DNA of 64,000 nucleotides from Felis catus (GCF_018350175.1 NC_058368.1:180112001-180176000), one strand, 5' to 3'. Shown: positions 12,796 to 25,974, numbered from the stretch's first letter. Notes: generated from the letters alone by a model not told the origin. Numbers and translations are program-made.

Positions 12796-13081
12796 GCATC
12801 CCCACCTCTACGGGCCTCTCAGCCCTGCGCCAGGGCACGGACCGGCCGCTGGGCGGCTTCCATGGCTGCATCCACGAGGTGCGCATCAACAATGAGTTGC
12901 AAGACTTCAAGGCCCTCCCACCGCAGTCCCTGGGGGTCTCACCAGGCTGCAAGTCCTGCACCGTGTGCAAGCACGGCCTGTGTCGCTCCGTGGAGAAGGA
13001 CAGCGTGGTGTGCGAGTGCCACTCGGGCTGGACCGGCCCGCTGTGTGACCAGGAGGCCCGCGACCCCTGCCTGGGCCACAG
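12796..13081 (+). CDS. SLIT3: SLIT3 coding exon (end of laminin-G plus [16 protein letters not shown]...EARDPCLGH)
   Basis: CCCTCCCCCAG acceptor; donor AG|GTCAGT; 286 nt, phase 1 to 2. Confidence 0.96.
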
Positions 13082-13394
13082 GTCAGTGTCCCGAGAGCCT
13101 AGACTCCCTGCCTGGATTCAGTCCCTCCCCCCACCCCTTCCCCACCCAAGAAGCGGCACCGATAAAAGCTGGAGGAAGTGTGGTCAGACTGTCCACAGGT
13201 CCTGCTTAAGAGGTCAGGAGCTTACACAGCCAAACAGCAGGTCCCACTTAGAGACCTCCGTGTGTGAGGACCTTGCTGAGAACACCAGTCTCTGCCAAGT
13301 GACCCTTTGGAACCTGTCCAGAGCCACAGCACATACCTACATGACTCTGGGCAGATGCAGCCCCATGAGCATTTGGCTTGGCAAGTGGACTGAG

Positions 13395-13530
13395 GGTGAA
13401 TTTCAGCCTCAACTTCTCCATCTAGGAGATATGGATAAGACTGTCTTCTACATAGAAGCAGCAGAGGAGAGGTGATTGTAGAAAATAAGAATGATGCCAG
13501 GTAAACAGCACTTAGTCCCATGCCTGGCAC
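13395..13530 (+). mobile_element. MIR SINE
   Basis: AGCCTCAACTTCTCCATCT...GTAAACAGCACTTAG...TGCCTGGCAC. Confidence 0.55.
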
Positions 13531-13886
13531 CATTGATGGTGTTGGTAATGTTCCATTGCTATCAGTTAAGATAGGGCAATTAAAATGTTCTGAGCTGTGA
13601 CCTTCCGCTTGGATATGTGAGTTCTAATGCCTAGAGAACAGCAAGGCAGCCTCATGGTCACAGTTGGCAGTGGAGTTTGGGTGATGTGAGCCTCCAGCTG
13701 TGGCAGAGTAAGACAAGACTGCTGCTCAGCCGCTGGGCTAGCAGAGGACAGACCATGGGATGGAGAAGACCTAAGGTTCCACAGCTCTGGACCTGCTGGT
13801 CAGAGCCTTGTCCCTGGCTGGGCTGGACAGAGAAAGCCTCCAGCAGCACCGTCTCTGCCCCTTCTCATTCTCTCCTCTGCCAACAG

Positions 13887-14095
13887 TTGCAGCCATGGGA
13901 AATGTGTAGCAACCGGGACCTCGTATGTGTGCAAGTGTGCAGAGGGCTACGGGGGGCCCACGTGTGACCACAAGAACGAATCCACCAACGCCTGCTTGGC
14001 CTTCAAGTGTCACCAGGGGCAGTGCCACATCTCAGATCGAGGGGAGCCCTACTGTCTGTGCCAGCCTGGCTTTAGTGGGGAGCACTGCGAGCAAG
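13887..14095 (+). CDS. SLIT3: SLIT3 coding exon (two EGF repeats: [17 protein letters not shown]...FSGEHCEQ)
   Basis: Pyrimidine tract and CAACAG acceptor; donor G|GTGGG; 209 nt, phase 2 to 1. Confidence 0.95.
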
Positions 14096-14386
14096 GTGGG
14101 TCTACTGTGTGCCCAGGAGGGGGAACCTGAGAAGGGTGCAGGGGTCAGAACTGGACCCCAGAGCCAGACTGAAGTTTGAATTCTGGCTGTGCCACCTGGA
14201 GGCTGCATGACCTTTGTCAGCCGCTTTCTAGAAAAGCCTCTGTTCTTTCACTTTGAAAATAGGGGCAATACCCTACATTGCTGCAGCAGTTGTCTATTGC
14301 TCTGTAACAAATTAGCCCCCCAACACAGCAGTTCAAACCCTCCTTACTCTCTTCCCCTCCCCCAGCCCCTGTAGTGCATTTAAAAA

Positions 14387-14587
14387 TTTTTTTTTAATGT
14401 TTAAGAGGGAGAGAGAAACAGAATGCAGGTGGGGGAGGGGCAGAGAGAGAGGGACACACAGAATCCGAAGCAGGCCCCAAGCCCTGAGCTTTCAGCACAG
14501 AGCCTGAGGTAGGGCTCAAACCCACAAATCGTGAGATGATGACCTGAGCCAAAGTTGGATGGTTAAACTGAGCCACCCAGGCACCCC
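14387..14587 (-). mobile_element. Carnivore SINE (SINEC-like) in the last SLIT3 intron
   Basis: Poly-T, (GA)n, tRNA-like head CTGAGCCACCCAGGCACCCC; flanked by TGTAGTG on both sides. Confidence 0.9.
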
Positions 14588-15840
14588 TGTAGTGTGCTAA
14601 TACTGAAGTAAACTCAAACAGGAAAATTAAGACGAGATTGTATTAGAATTCAAATCCACCTCCCCACAGGGGGTTATTTTCCTGCGCAGAAACTGAAGTC
14701 TTCCTCCCTGCCACTGGAGTCCTAGGCAGACCACCTTGTCTCTAAGGGACACTCACATTTATATCTAGTTGAAATACTATTCAACCAAAACTGATGTTTT
14801 TATAATTTTTATTAAATATTTTGAAACATGATTTACAGAAAAATTGCCAGAATATGAAGAGCTCCCACCTTCCCTTCACCAGATTGCCCAATTAACATGT
14901 TGCCACATCTGGTCTCTCGCCAACCACATTCCTACACTCATACACTCATTATCTTGTAACAATCTCATAATTTAGAAGAATTATATCAAGCTTAACAAAA
15001 TTCATTAAAATGCATAAAGCCCTTTCTCACTCACAGTCTCCTCTGAGGCTCATAAGCTGTGAGGCATAGGAAGGACAGGGAAATGTATCACCATTTCCAG
15101 ACAAGGAGACAGGCTCAGGGATAGTGAGGGTCTGGCTGATGGCCAAAGCCAAACTCTAAGCTCAGTACGGTCTTCCTCAGTGCCTTGCTGCAGCCCTCCT
15201 CCCAATGTCGTAGGGACAGTGCAGTGAGAAGATGAAACTCCAAGCAGATCTCACCTCCAGCAGCACTTTCCAGAGCCCCACCCCTGGGCTGCAGCAGGCT
15301 GTTTGCCACGTTCTGTTCCTATAGAGCATCCACCTCTGTTTATCATTACTAATTCTGTCATCGCTGAAGTGAACAGACCTAGATGCTGCACCAGTGGGGA
15401 CTGGGGCAAACCAGACACTTCCTGGTTTTCTGTGAAGCCAGAAATCCCAATATTTAAGCTCCTGGGGTTTTTAATGGTGACATTTAGCTCAGTTTCTAAG
15501 TCTAGGTGACACATCAAAACTGGGACACAGGAGTTAGCCCCCCGTCTACTACTTTGCCACATCGAGTTTGGTCTTGGAGTTCCTTGAAGGAAAGGATGGG
15601 GCTTTTGTCACCATTAGATCCTCAGGGCTTAGTCATAAATCCTGTAGAGAGCTGGCCCAGGAAAGGCCTTCATAGTTGTGGAATCACTGGGCAGTTAACA
15701 GGTGGGAGACAGAGGGATGACTGAAGACGTTCAAATGGTCTTTACACCTCAAGTGTTTCCCAACAGCCTACCCAGGAAATGGCCCTGGCCTGTCATCGAT
15801 GCCGCCGATGCCCTGACCTTACCTTTTCTACCCTCTGCAG

Positions 15841-16076
15841 AGAGCCTGTGCCTGGGGGAGGTAGTCCGAGAGGTGATCCGCCGCCAGAAAGGCTATGCAT
15901 CTTGCGCCACAGCCTCCAAAGTGCCCGTGATGGAGTGTCATGGGGGCTGTGGGCTGCAGTGCTGCCGGCCCACCCGCAGCAAGCGGCGGAAGTACGTCTT
16001 CCAGTGCACAGACGGCTCCTCGTTTGTGGAAGAGGTGGAGAGACACTTGGAGTGTGGCTGCCGCGCGTGTTCCTAA
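15841..16076 (+). CDS. SLIT3: SLIT3 last coding exon (C-terminal cystine knot, ends [13 protein letters not shown])
   Basis: CTTTTCTACCCTCTGCAG acceptor ending 15840; TAA at 16074-16076; C-terminus is SLIT3-like rather than SLIT1/SLIT2-like. Confidence 0.96.
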
Positions 16077-16430
16077 GGCCCTCTGCCCCCCACCTCTCAG
16101 ACTCCAGCTTCGTGGGGCTGCGACAGCCACGTGGGACCCCCGAGACCCGAGGTGAAGAAGTGGGCGCTGGAAAGGAAGAAGAAGAGAATATTAAGTATAT
16201 TGTAAAATAAACAAAAAATAGAACTTATTTTTATTATGGAAAGTGACTATTTTCATCTTTTATTATATAAATATATCACACCGTCTGAGTATATGTACCA
16301 TATAGTGAGTTATTTTTACCAAGTCTTGTGTTGTGTATTTGTTGTGTTTTTATAAACCGCTGTTAAAAATTTTAAGAAAAAAAAGACTAATAAAAATGTT
16401 TTAAAACAAAAGGATAAGAATAAAGAAGTG
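16077..16430 (+). other. SLIT3: SLIT3 proximal 3' UTR, AU-rich, with candidate poly(A) signals
   Basis: AATAAA at 16206-16211, 16389-16394 and 16419-16424; U/GU-rich tracts; the true UTR may extend further. Confidence 0.7.
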
Positions 16431-17989
16431 ATAGCCTGTCCGAGGAAGAAGGAAGTTTTTAATGTGATGAAACAGTATCATGTCAGCAGAGATACCAAGA
16501 CCTGCTTACTGAGCTCAGGAAAAGGAATGATAAGAGGAAGAGAAGGAAAAGATTTTTCTTTGTTTCTTCTTATCTTTAATGACTATTTTCTCTTCCCTAA
16601 AAGCACCCAGCTTTTAAGTCCTGGTTGCCGAGGCCCATCCTTCCAGGACAAGCTTTTGCACCCCGGCCACCTCAGACTCGCAGTTGCCGCCCCCATCTGC
16701 CCCAGGCCACCAGCGGGGTCTGGGCCCTCTTCTCCCTCCAGGCTGGCCCTGGCTTCCACCACAGGGCTATCCGAAACTCTGCCACAGCCTTCATCTGAGC
16801 CTGTTGTGCCAAATTTTAAAACACCGCCTCTCTTCCTGACCCTCTCCAGGTGAGTCAAGGGAAGAAGGGATTATGCAGTCTCCTCAGGCCCCAGCCACCG
16901 GTCCTTCCTTTGGAAAGTTGTGCACCATCCTCTTCCCTTCAATGTCCCACGAATTTCACATTAGAATGCAGTAATGGGAGAGCAGGCAGCCAGGAGCCCA
17001 GCCTGCCCACAGCCTGGGTACAAGTATGACTCTGGAAAATTCTTGGGGGATCTTCCTATGGGAAGCACAAGCCTCTGCCACCAGATCCTCCAGACCACCG
17101 TCATATTGATGACAAGTCCTTGCCCATCTGCAACACTTCCCAACGCATATCCATACCGCACCTTATTTTATCCATGCAACCCCTGCCCCCATGAGAAGGG
17201 TAAAGCCGTTTAGCCCCATTTCACGGACAAGGAAACCAAAGCCTCTCTCAAACTCTGTGTCTTAAGCCACATATCTGATAAGTAGAAGAGCCAGACTCAA
17301 AAGTTCTAGATTCCTTCTCCAGAATGGTGTAAACAGGAGAAATTCAGGTAGTTTAAGTTCATCAGACAAGCCCTACCAGGAGAAGAAAGTAGATGTTCTT
17401 TACTGCTTTTTTCCTGCTCATGTCCATTCCTTGTTCTGTTCCCCCGGTATCCAAAGTTTCTAAACAGAGTTCTAGGAGAGCAAAGGCATACCTCCTGATG
17501 GAGACTTGCCCTGGCCTCTCTCCCTACTCAGTCTAGTGCAGAGGGCTCCAGGGCTCAGCTGCCCATCTCTCACTCATCCCTCCTTTCCCCTGGGAGCCTC
17601 CCTTGCAGAAGTGTCAGGGAGGAGAGTGTGGGGCTCAAAGGACCTTCCAGCATCGAGTGTCCCCAGAGGAGCCTAGTGGTTCTGTGAGCACCAACAGTGG
17701 GCCAAAGTCTCCAAGAATCAGGAGGGAAAAAGAAAAGATGGAAGAGCACAAGGCAAGTGGCAAATAAGGAGGGAAGGAGGAAGAGAAAGAAGGGGTGGGG
17801 AGGGAGGGAAAGAAGGGAGGGAGAAATTAAATGGAAGAACTTACTTAAAAATATGCATACTTAGATTATATTCCAGGTACTTAGTGTACCTCATGATGGA
17901 TTTGTTTCAAATAATAGATTCATTTAGTACTTACTACATTATACATCAGATACCATTCTATATTATATACACACACACACACATAGGTA

Positions 17990-18175
17990 TATGTGTGTAT
18001 ATGTATATAATATTCATTTAATTTTCAAAACAACCCTGCAGCAAAGACATTACTAACCCATTTTCCAGTTGAATAAGTTGAGGCACAGAGAAGTTCAGGA
18101 ACTTGCACAAGAGCAGGCACCTAATAAACTGTAGAGCCAGGATTTAGGCCCAGGTAGCCTAACTCCAGAACTTAC
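17990..18175 (-). mobile_element. MIR SINE
   Basis: CCCATTTTCCAG...TGAGGCACAGAGAAGTT...AACTTGC...AGAGCCAGGATT. Confidence 0.7.
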
Positions 18176-20784
18176 TCCTCACGGGAAAGAAACATCTGCC
18201 TTTAAGAATCCTACAGTCCAGGGCAAAAACAATCACGGGACAACTGCTTTATTATAGGAGTTCCCTGATGGCAATATGAACAAGTGAAGTGGCTGTCCAG
18301 AGTTGGAAATCTCCAATTCTGGATCTTTAAGGATGAACAGGAGTTTGCCAGGGGGTTGAGAAAGGGAGTTAATCGCCCAGGGCGTAGCCTGTTAAAAAGG
18401 AGTGAGACAGGAAAAGACCCGGTATGTCGGGAACAGTCAGAGGTCCAGGGGGGGCAGGAGGGTGGGATGCTCACTGGGGAATAGGAGTCAGTGGGGAAGA
18501 TGTAAAGGCAGAGGTTCAGCCGCTAAGAGCCACGTGTGGCGAGCTAGAATGCAGGGACCCAGCGGGGTTTTTGAGCAGGGGGAAGGAAAGACATGCTGTG
18601 TTTTAGGAAGAGAACTGGGGGCAAAGTCAAGACAGGCTTGGGAGAGACAAGGCTCCACCACCCAGAACGGCTTGGGGGCTCCCAGTTGTTCAGTTTCTTG
18701 TGGCTAAACAATGCTGATTTCCAGGTGGGTCCCCAGAGTCTTTGTGGTAGCTCAAAAGTTCTGTCCTGAGATCTGCCCAACACCCCTCCCTATCCCTCAT
18801 GCTCTGCCAGCCCACTCCACCCAGGCAGGTAAACCCTAGGCTTATTCTACCACCAATACTCCTAGCTGGCCTCTCTCCACATGACATAAAGCCCACTCAG
18901 CCTGCCATCTTGAGAGCCCACCCCAGGGTCACTGACTTTTCTGGGAGGACTCACCAGGCTGCAAGCTTTCCCTCTGGCTCCCCCAATAAACCCAAGTCCT
19001 GCCTCTGTCAATCATGCCCTGGGCCCAATCCTAAATCCAGCAGCAGTCAGCCACAAAGGACCAGGTTCTTAGTGTAGCTTGAGGGGGATTTTGAGTCTTC
19101 CCCTTAGTTTTGGAAACCCTGACTTTATGAAATGCCTAAACAATATCATTAAGAAAATTGTCCCCAAAAGGAAGTTTCTCTAACAAATAGAGATTAAAAC
19201 TCTTATTTCAATGGCCAAATTCTAGAAGCAGAGTCCCAGAGGGCAAGAAACATTCAGTGAGGTAATTTGCATGCTTAAAAGTATGGTTCAGTGTTTGTGT
19301 GTGGATACGTACACATGTGAAAAGGGGGATTAGGCTCTGTTTCGCCCTGAGCAGGAATCAGGCAAAGGAGAAGGGAGAATCCCTTTGACTCAACCAAGAG
19401 ATCCTAAAATGGCTGATGAAATGATGTATTTAAAAGTTATTTGTAAAGTGTAAACTAAAAACCTTTAATGTAAGATGTTATTACCATTGTTGTTGCTGCT
19501 ATTGACATGCCAACAGGCTCCATGTAGAAGATGGCTTTGCCTTTTCAATTTCAGAAAGGAACCGGAGTCTGACACTTCAGAAAAAGGACAAGGAAGAGGG
19601 GGCAAGGAAAGGGAAAGAGATTACCTAAGGCCAGAGAATGAGAGGTAATCCCCCAGAATGACCCTTAGGAACCCAGGAGTGGCCAGGATGGGGCTGGAGC
19701 CAACCTTGCCTTCCACCATATACAAAGCTACTTTGAACCCTAAGGCCAAACAGCCACCCATTGACTTTGCTGTAAGAAGCCCCTAGCATAAATGGGCTTG
19801 CCCCTCAAAATTCACGGGGTCTCAGTATTAAAGCTGAAGGAACCTGAGGGAATCCCTGATGAGTGATAAACCTGAGAATCAGAGAAATGGAAGGTCTAAA
19901 CCAGAGACCAAGGTCATCGAACAAATTAACACCAGAAACAAGAAGAGACCCTGGTGTCTACCCAGGCCATCATTCTTCTTGCTACTCCACCATGGGCATC
20001 CAGGAAGACTGAAATTGAGAAAGACCCTGTAATACCTTCTAGGTGGCCAGGAAAGTACCCCCCCCCCCCGCCCACCCTTCCTGGACAGTGCACTCAGATG
20101 TCTGGGAAGCTGGGGCATGGCATGGTTTGGTGACACTTACCCATATATTCTATTCTGGATTAGTGCCAAAGGAAATGCTTGGGGAAAGTTGGTGAAAGAT
20201 GCCAGCTAGCCAGAGAAGCAAAGACAGAATTGGGCATTTGGCAAAGCTTATTTCTCTAACCCAACAATAGATTCTAAGAGGAAAATTTTTTAAGATGTTT
20301 TTAAAAACAATGCTATAGTGCCACTTCACCGCTATGGGATAAATAATGTACATTTTTTATGCAACAGACTGTCATATTCTGATGTCATTAAAATAAATGG
20401 ATGAGTCACAGGAGAGCCTTCAGATGCTCTTGTGAATACCAGAAGTTCAGCCCTACTCCCTGGTGTGTGTTTTATTTTTACTAATGACCTTCACTCCCTG
20501 GAGCAAAGATTACTGTAATTCATGGGGTTTGGGCAAGTCTGGTGTGGAGTTAGTGAAAACAGTTGGTTTCTTGAAGCATGAAGTGGGGAAAAAGAGATCC
20601 AGAGTTCCCAAGAGACATGGGAGAGAAGGCCCAACACATGGCTTAAAGTCTGCAGGGCATGTGATTTGTATGGTCACAGACTGCCAAGGGTCATGGGGAA
20701 AGATGCCACTCCAGTGCGGAGAACACTTATTAAGATGTGGAGGAAGATTTGTCCTGGGCACTCCAATGCCTAATTAAATCCCCT

Positions 20785-21200
20785 CCTTTATTCATTCTTT
20801 CTTAAGCATTTTCTGAACATCTATGTGCCCAGTACTGGTCTAGGCACTGAAGACTACACAAAAGATGATCAAGACAAAGTCCTTGTTCTCCTAGAGCTTA
20901 ACTGAGTATCAACAAATAAGTAAAGATAATATCAGATAATATTAAAAAGTAGAGATGTATTGGTGGGTACTTTCCACAGTGAAGTCAAGGAAAGCCTTTG
21001 TGACAAATTGAGACGGGGGTGGATGAAGTACCAAGAAATGGAAGGAGGAAGCCTGACCCCGTAGTGCTCACTAGATAATCTGCCCGCACACAGGTGTATC
21101 CAAGGGAGGTAGAGAGCTTGAGCATCTTAGTAGGCCAGCGGTGATGACATGAGTGAGACAGCACTATGAGAGGGCTTTCAGGGGTGAGGGTGGAGACAGA
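20785..21200 (-). mobile_element. L2 3' fragment
   Basis: TTATTCATTC...AAGCATTTTCTGAACATCTATGTGCC...CTAGGCACTG. Confidence 0.5.
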
Positions 21201-21706
21201 ACTCACCCTTCAGCTTCCCAGCCCTGGGACAACCTTGGGAGCCAATGGCCTTTCTAAATAAAGAATGTCATGGATCTAGAGGCCACTACCAACTGACTGA
21301 GGACCATTTCTGCTTCCCTAGAAGATAGACCTAGATCTCCATGAAAAACACCATTAGGAAGCAAGACGCTGGTGGGCAACAGATGCACCAAATATAGGAA
21401 AGGGCCCAGGCCTGTTGTTCCTGGGCCATAGCAAGCAGGGCCATACAGTCTGGAGGCCCTGAGTGTCTACCAAGATGCCCTTGATATTAGCTTCAAAGCT
21501 TTCAGCTTGAAAGAATCTGAAATGAAAGCGGGGAGATTTTGTGCTGACACATATTATGTCAGGCTGCCTGGGCATCTCTGCCAGAAGAAGCTGCTGGCCA
21601 GGAACCTACAGCTTCCACTCTCCAAGCTTAGACAAAACAGCCCCTCCTCCCAGGTTGGGGGCCTATAGTTCTACTGATCTGTCAAATTTCCCTTTTGTGT
21701 CAATTG

Positions 21707-21917
21707 CAGAGCTTCTCAACTGAGAGAGATATTGCCCCCAAGGAGACATTTGGTAATGTCTAGAGACATTTTATATTGTAGGACTAGAACAGGGGAGCTA
21801 CTAGCAGCTAGTGGGAGGCCACAGGTGCCACTAAACACCCTATGATGCCCAGAATGGCCTCCATAACAAAGAATTATCCTGCCAACATATCAACAGTCTT
21901 AAGACTGAGAAACTCTG
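21707..21917. mobile_element. MER20 hAT element
   Basis: CAGAGCTTCTCAACT...GACATTTGGTAATGTCTAGAGACATTTT...AACAAAGAATTATCC...TGAGAAACTCTG. Confidence 0.85.
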
Positions 21918-22854
21918 GCTTGGACTAATCACCTCCTTCCTGTAACACCTGAACGGAATTATTTACAAAGGAAGAAGGGGGTAAAAAAAAAAGGGGGGGG
22001 GGGGAAGAAAGGGGCAAAAATGCTAAATAGGTAACAAATAGGCCTCCTCAGGGGAACATGATCTCTTGGTGAGAATACATAGCAAGCTAGTGATGTATAC
22101 TTGTATTTAAAACAGTTATTGATGTGGGACCAAAACATTCCTGGCAACGAGGTACCACCATCATCCTTCCTTTGCCACTCTGTCCTTACCATTCAGTCAC
22201 TGCAAATGGGTGAACAGTGGATTATGGATTTATTATGCTTAGGTGACACATAAAATATGGCAGAGCAGGGGACATTCACCTTTGGACCTGCTACAGGCAG
22301 AAAAATGAATAAGATTAATAAAAATGTTTTTTCTATTTCTTGGAACTCTATCCCTCAGCTGAGTCCCAGCAGGAAGAACAGCAAAGGTTATCAAATAAAG
22401 ACATGAGGACCATGGATGTGTCTGTGGAATGTCAAAGGTGAGCAAAGAAAGTGTGGGTCAAAAGGCTTAAGCAGCCCAACTTCAAGATGGGGCAGGGGAT
22501 GTTGGGCCAACTCCCAGTAAGGATGATAGGATTAACTGGTTGTCAGAGTAACCTTGCTCACTCAGAGTAATCTTATAAATTGCTACAGGGATAGGACAGG
22601 CTCTCTGCCCAACCAGAGCTCTGTAAATGGACCCTGTAAATATCCACATTTGCAGGAAGAGAGGAGGAGAGGCAATCCTTGAGAGCAGGGATTGGAGTAA
22701 GGTCTAGGTGATAAGAGCAGGCCTCTGTCCAACTCCAGCTCATTGGCCCTAGAAAGCTCCACATCTTCTCCCCTACCTTGCTATTGATTTTAGCAATATC
22801 ACTGTGAGATTCAGTTTCTCCTTCTAAAAAAAACAAAGATGGCAATACTTGACA

Positions 22855-23412
22855 TAATCAAGGCTCTGTAGATTACAAGTGGCAAAAAGCAATTCAAATT
22901 AACTTAAGCCACAAAAGGAATATGTAGGCTCAAGTCATTGGAAAATCTAAGATCATTCTCACTGAATCAGACAGAGATGTATGTATCCTGGAGCTCAATA
23001 CAATGTCATAAGGGCTCCGGTCTCTCATGCATGCTTGGCTTTCTTCTGTATTGGCTTCATTCCCATGAAGGTCTCCCTAGAGAATTGGCAAAGTGACTCT
23101 CAGCCACTGCACAATGAAAGCAGTACAAACTACTAATTTCAAGTTGAGAAGAAAAGGGCTTCTCTTTTCCAATAATCCCAAGAGACATCTCAGCAAAGTC
23201 ACTGCCACTGACTGGCCTGGATTCAGGTAAATGTCCATCACTGAACCAGACATTATGGGCAAAACAATAAGACTTCTTGATTGGCCAAGCCTGTATCACA
23301 TGATCATCCCTGGAGCCAAAAACAGGTAGTTGAAGGTGAGGACAGGTGTTTCCCCCAAAGAAAAGAAGTAATAGATGCTAGGTGGGCAAAAATTGCAGAT
23401 AATAATTACTCA
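22855..23412. mobile_element. Old MaLR solo LTR (MLT1J/K-like)
   Basis: TTACAAGTGGCAAAAAGCAATTCAAATTAACTTAAGC...GATTGGCCAAGCCTGTATCACATG...GATGCTAGGTGGGCAAAAA. Confidence 0.5.
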
Positions 23413-23440
23413 CAAGGAATTAGTTAGAAACTATGACAAG

Positions 23441-25974
23441 TTTCCAGTTCAAGATAGCAACACAGAAGGATCCTGAACTCATCTCTTCCCACAGACATAA
23501 TAAATCTACAACTACATAGGGAAAAATTTCCACTGAGAGAAACCCAAAAATTACTTGACCCACTCCTTCACATCAGGTGAACATGAAAAAAACCCATATC
23601 CAAACAAGTAGAAGAGGCTGAGACACAATCTTACCATAAATTCTACCCCTTGGCACAGAGACCCACAATCAGGAGGAAAGTAACAACCTTGAGCTTCTCA
23701 CTGAGGTGTGAAGGGTTTGACACCTGGCACACCTTCCAGGGGTGAGTCCCCAAAACATCTAGCTTTGAAAAGCATCAGGGCTCACATCTACAAGACCCAC
23801 GAAGCTATAGCAAACTGAGAAATAGTTCTTAAAGGGCTCGTGCCTGTAGACCCACCCACCCCAGTGCCTAGCACAGAGACAGAAAAGTGACCAGTTTTTC
23901 TGTGTAAGAGACTTATGTTAAAGCATCAGCCTGAAGGGCAGGCATCTGATTTAACATATGTAAGGGACCTACTGATATATTCTCCAAAGACAGAGGCCAA
24001 TAGGTACCATCTTTGCACTCTCCCTCTGCTTGCCTCCAAGTCACCGGTATCTACTGGAAAGGAGTTTATGCACCCATCTGGTACCCCAGTTCTGCATCTA
24101 TTGCCCAGGGAACAACTTGATCACCTGACTCTGCTGGTCAGTGGGGCTTTCACTCATGGGTCCCACAGGACTGTAACAAATGGAGAAAGAGTTCTTAACT
24201 GGCTACACACTAGGGCACAGTGGGAGGCAATAGATTGAGGCTCCCAATCTTTCTATGAAAGAGACCAATTAGCTTATCTTCATAGCTTTAGTCTCAAGGG
24301 CAAGCTTCTAATTAAACACACATCTAAGGGCTGTCTATAGTCCTTCTACAGAGACATTGGAGGGCAGGTGCTCCAGACCACCATTGTCTCCCAGAAAGGA
24401 GCTGGTGCACATGTCTGGTGCCCTGTTGTTTTGTTTTTGTTTTTGTTTTTTTGTGGCTACCACCCAGGGGATGATCCTCGATCACCTGACTCTGGTGGAC
24501 AGCAGGGCTTACATTTGCAGTTCTATCAGTGCTGAAAGTAACAATCTGCCAACCGAGAATATTCTACCTGGCAAAGTTGTTCTTCAGAATTGGAGAAATA
24601 AAGTTTTCCAGACAACCAAAAGCTCAAAGGAATTCATTGTCACTAGACTGAGTTTACAAAAAATGTTAAAGAGATTCTCCAAGTGGGAATGAAAGGGTAC
24701 TAATTAGCAACAAGAAAACATATGAAAGTATAAATTTCATGGGAAGGATAAATATATAGAATTCCAAATAATGTGATGTTGTAAAGACGGTGGGTCAATC
24801 ACTTATAAACCCAGCATGAAGGTAAAAAGACAAAAATAATAGAAAACCTGTAACTACAATAATTAATGGATACCCAAGATAAAAAATGTAAATTGTGATA
24901 TCACAGTGATAAAGATGGGAGCAGGGGGAGTAAAAATGTACAACTTTAGAATACATTCAAAATTTTTCAGTTTAGATTATAAATCACTTTATATAAATCT
25001 CATGGTAACCACAAAGCAAAACCTATAGTAGACAGACAAAATAAAGGAATCTAAGTATAACACTACAGAAAATCATCAAATCACAAAGGAAGAGAGCAAG
25101 AGAAGAAAGGAATTACTCAAGAGTCAGAAAACAAAAATGCCAATAGGCATCAATAATTACATATAAATGGACTAAATTATCTGATCAAAAGAATTTTTTT
25201 ATTCATTAAGCCACTCTATACAGAGCACACAGTGCAGGGAATAGAAAAAGATACTCCATACAAATGAAAACCAAGGGTTAGAGTAGCTACACTTTTATCA
25301 GATAAATTAGACTTTAATGCAAAGATTGTAATAAGACACAAAGAAGGTCATTACATATAATGAAAAGGGTAAATCAGACAAGGTAGAACATTTATAAATA
25401 TTCTGCACAAAACACAGGAGATTTAAACATATACGGTGAACATTAACAGACTTAGTGGGATAAAAAGTCAGCAATACAATAATGGTTGGGGGATTTAATA
25501 CTTCACCTTCATCAATGGATGGATCATCCAGAGAGAAAAATCAATAACATTGGCCTTAAATCACACATTAGACCAGATGGATCTGACAGACATATACAGA
25601 ATATTCCATCCAAAAGGAACAGACTATACATTCTACTAAAGGAGTTATGAAACATTCTTCAGGACAGGTCACAGTTTAGGCCACAAATCAAGTCTTAATA
25701 AGTTTAAAATACTGAAATCATATCAACCATCTTTTCTAACCACAATGGCACAAAACTAGAAATCAATTACAAGAAGTTAGAAAATTCACAAATGTGGACA
25801 TTAAGCAACATGCCACTGAACAACCCACAGGCCACATTATACAATCAATGGAGAAAATAGAAGACCTTCAAACAAATGAAATTGGAAATACGACATGCCA
25901 AGACTTAGGGATGCATGAAAAGCAGTTCTAAGAGGGAAGCACATGACAATAAATGCCTACGTTAAGAAACAAGA
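23441..25974 (+). mobile_element. Host L1 (L1-A) segment 1: 5' UTR, ORF1 3' remnant, long inter-ORF, ORF2 endonuclease region
   Basis: TTTCCAGTTCAAGATAGC...GATCCTGAACTC 5' end; decayed endonuclease sequence; breaks at AATGCCTACGTTAAGAAACAAGA. Confidence 0.8.

Noticed and set aside
12747..13475. 242-aa ORF as a standalone gene
   Set aside because: It is one SLIT3 exon (12796-13081) read through into intron and MIR sequence
76..15840. Intronic miR-218 hairpin known from SLIT genes
   Set aside because: I did not see the mature TTGTGCTTGATCTAACCATGT sequence; its host intron lies further upstream
1..16076. Gene identity as SLIT1 or SLIT2
   Set aside because: The laminin-G text ([22 protein letters not shown]) and C-terminus (HLECGC.ACS) match SLIT3 as recalled
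19265..19272. Octamer motif ATTTGCAT as an enhancer
   Set aside because: A single 8-mer is expected by chance in 64 kb; no other support
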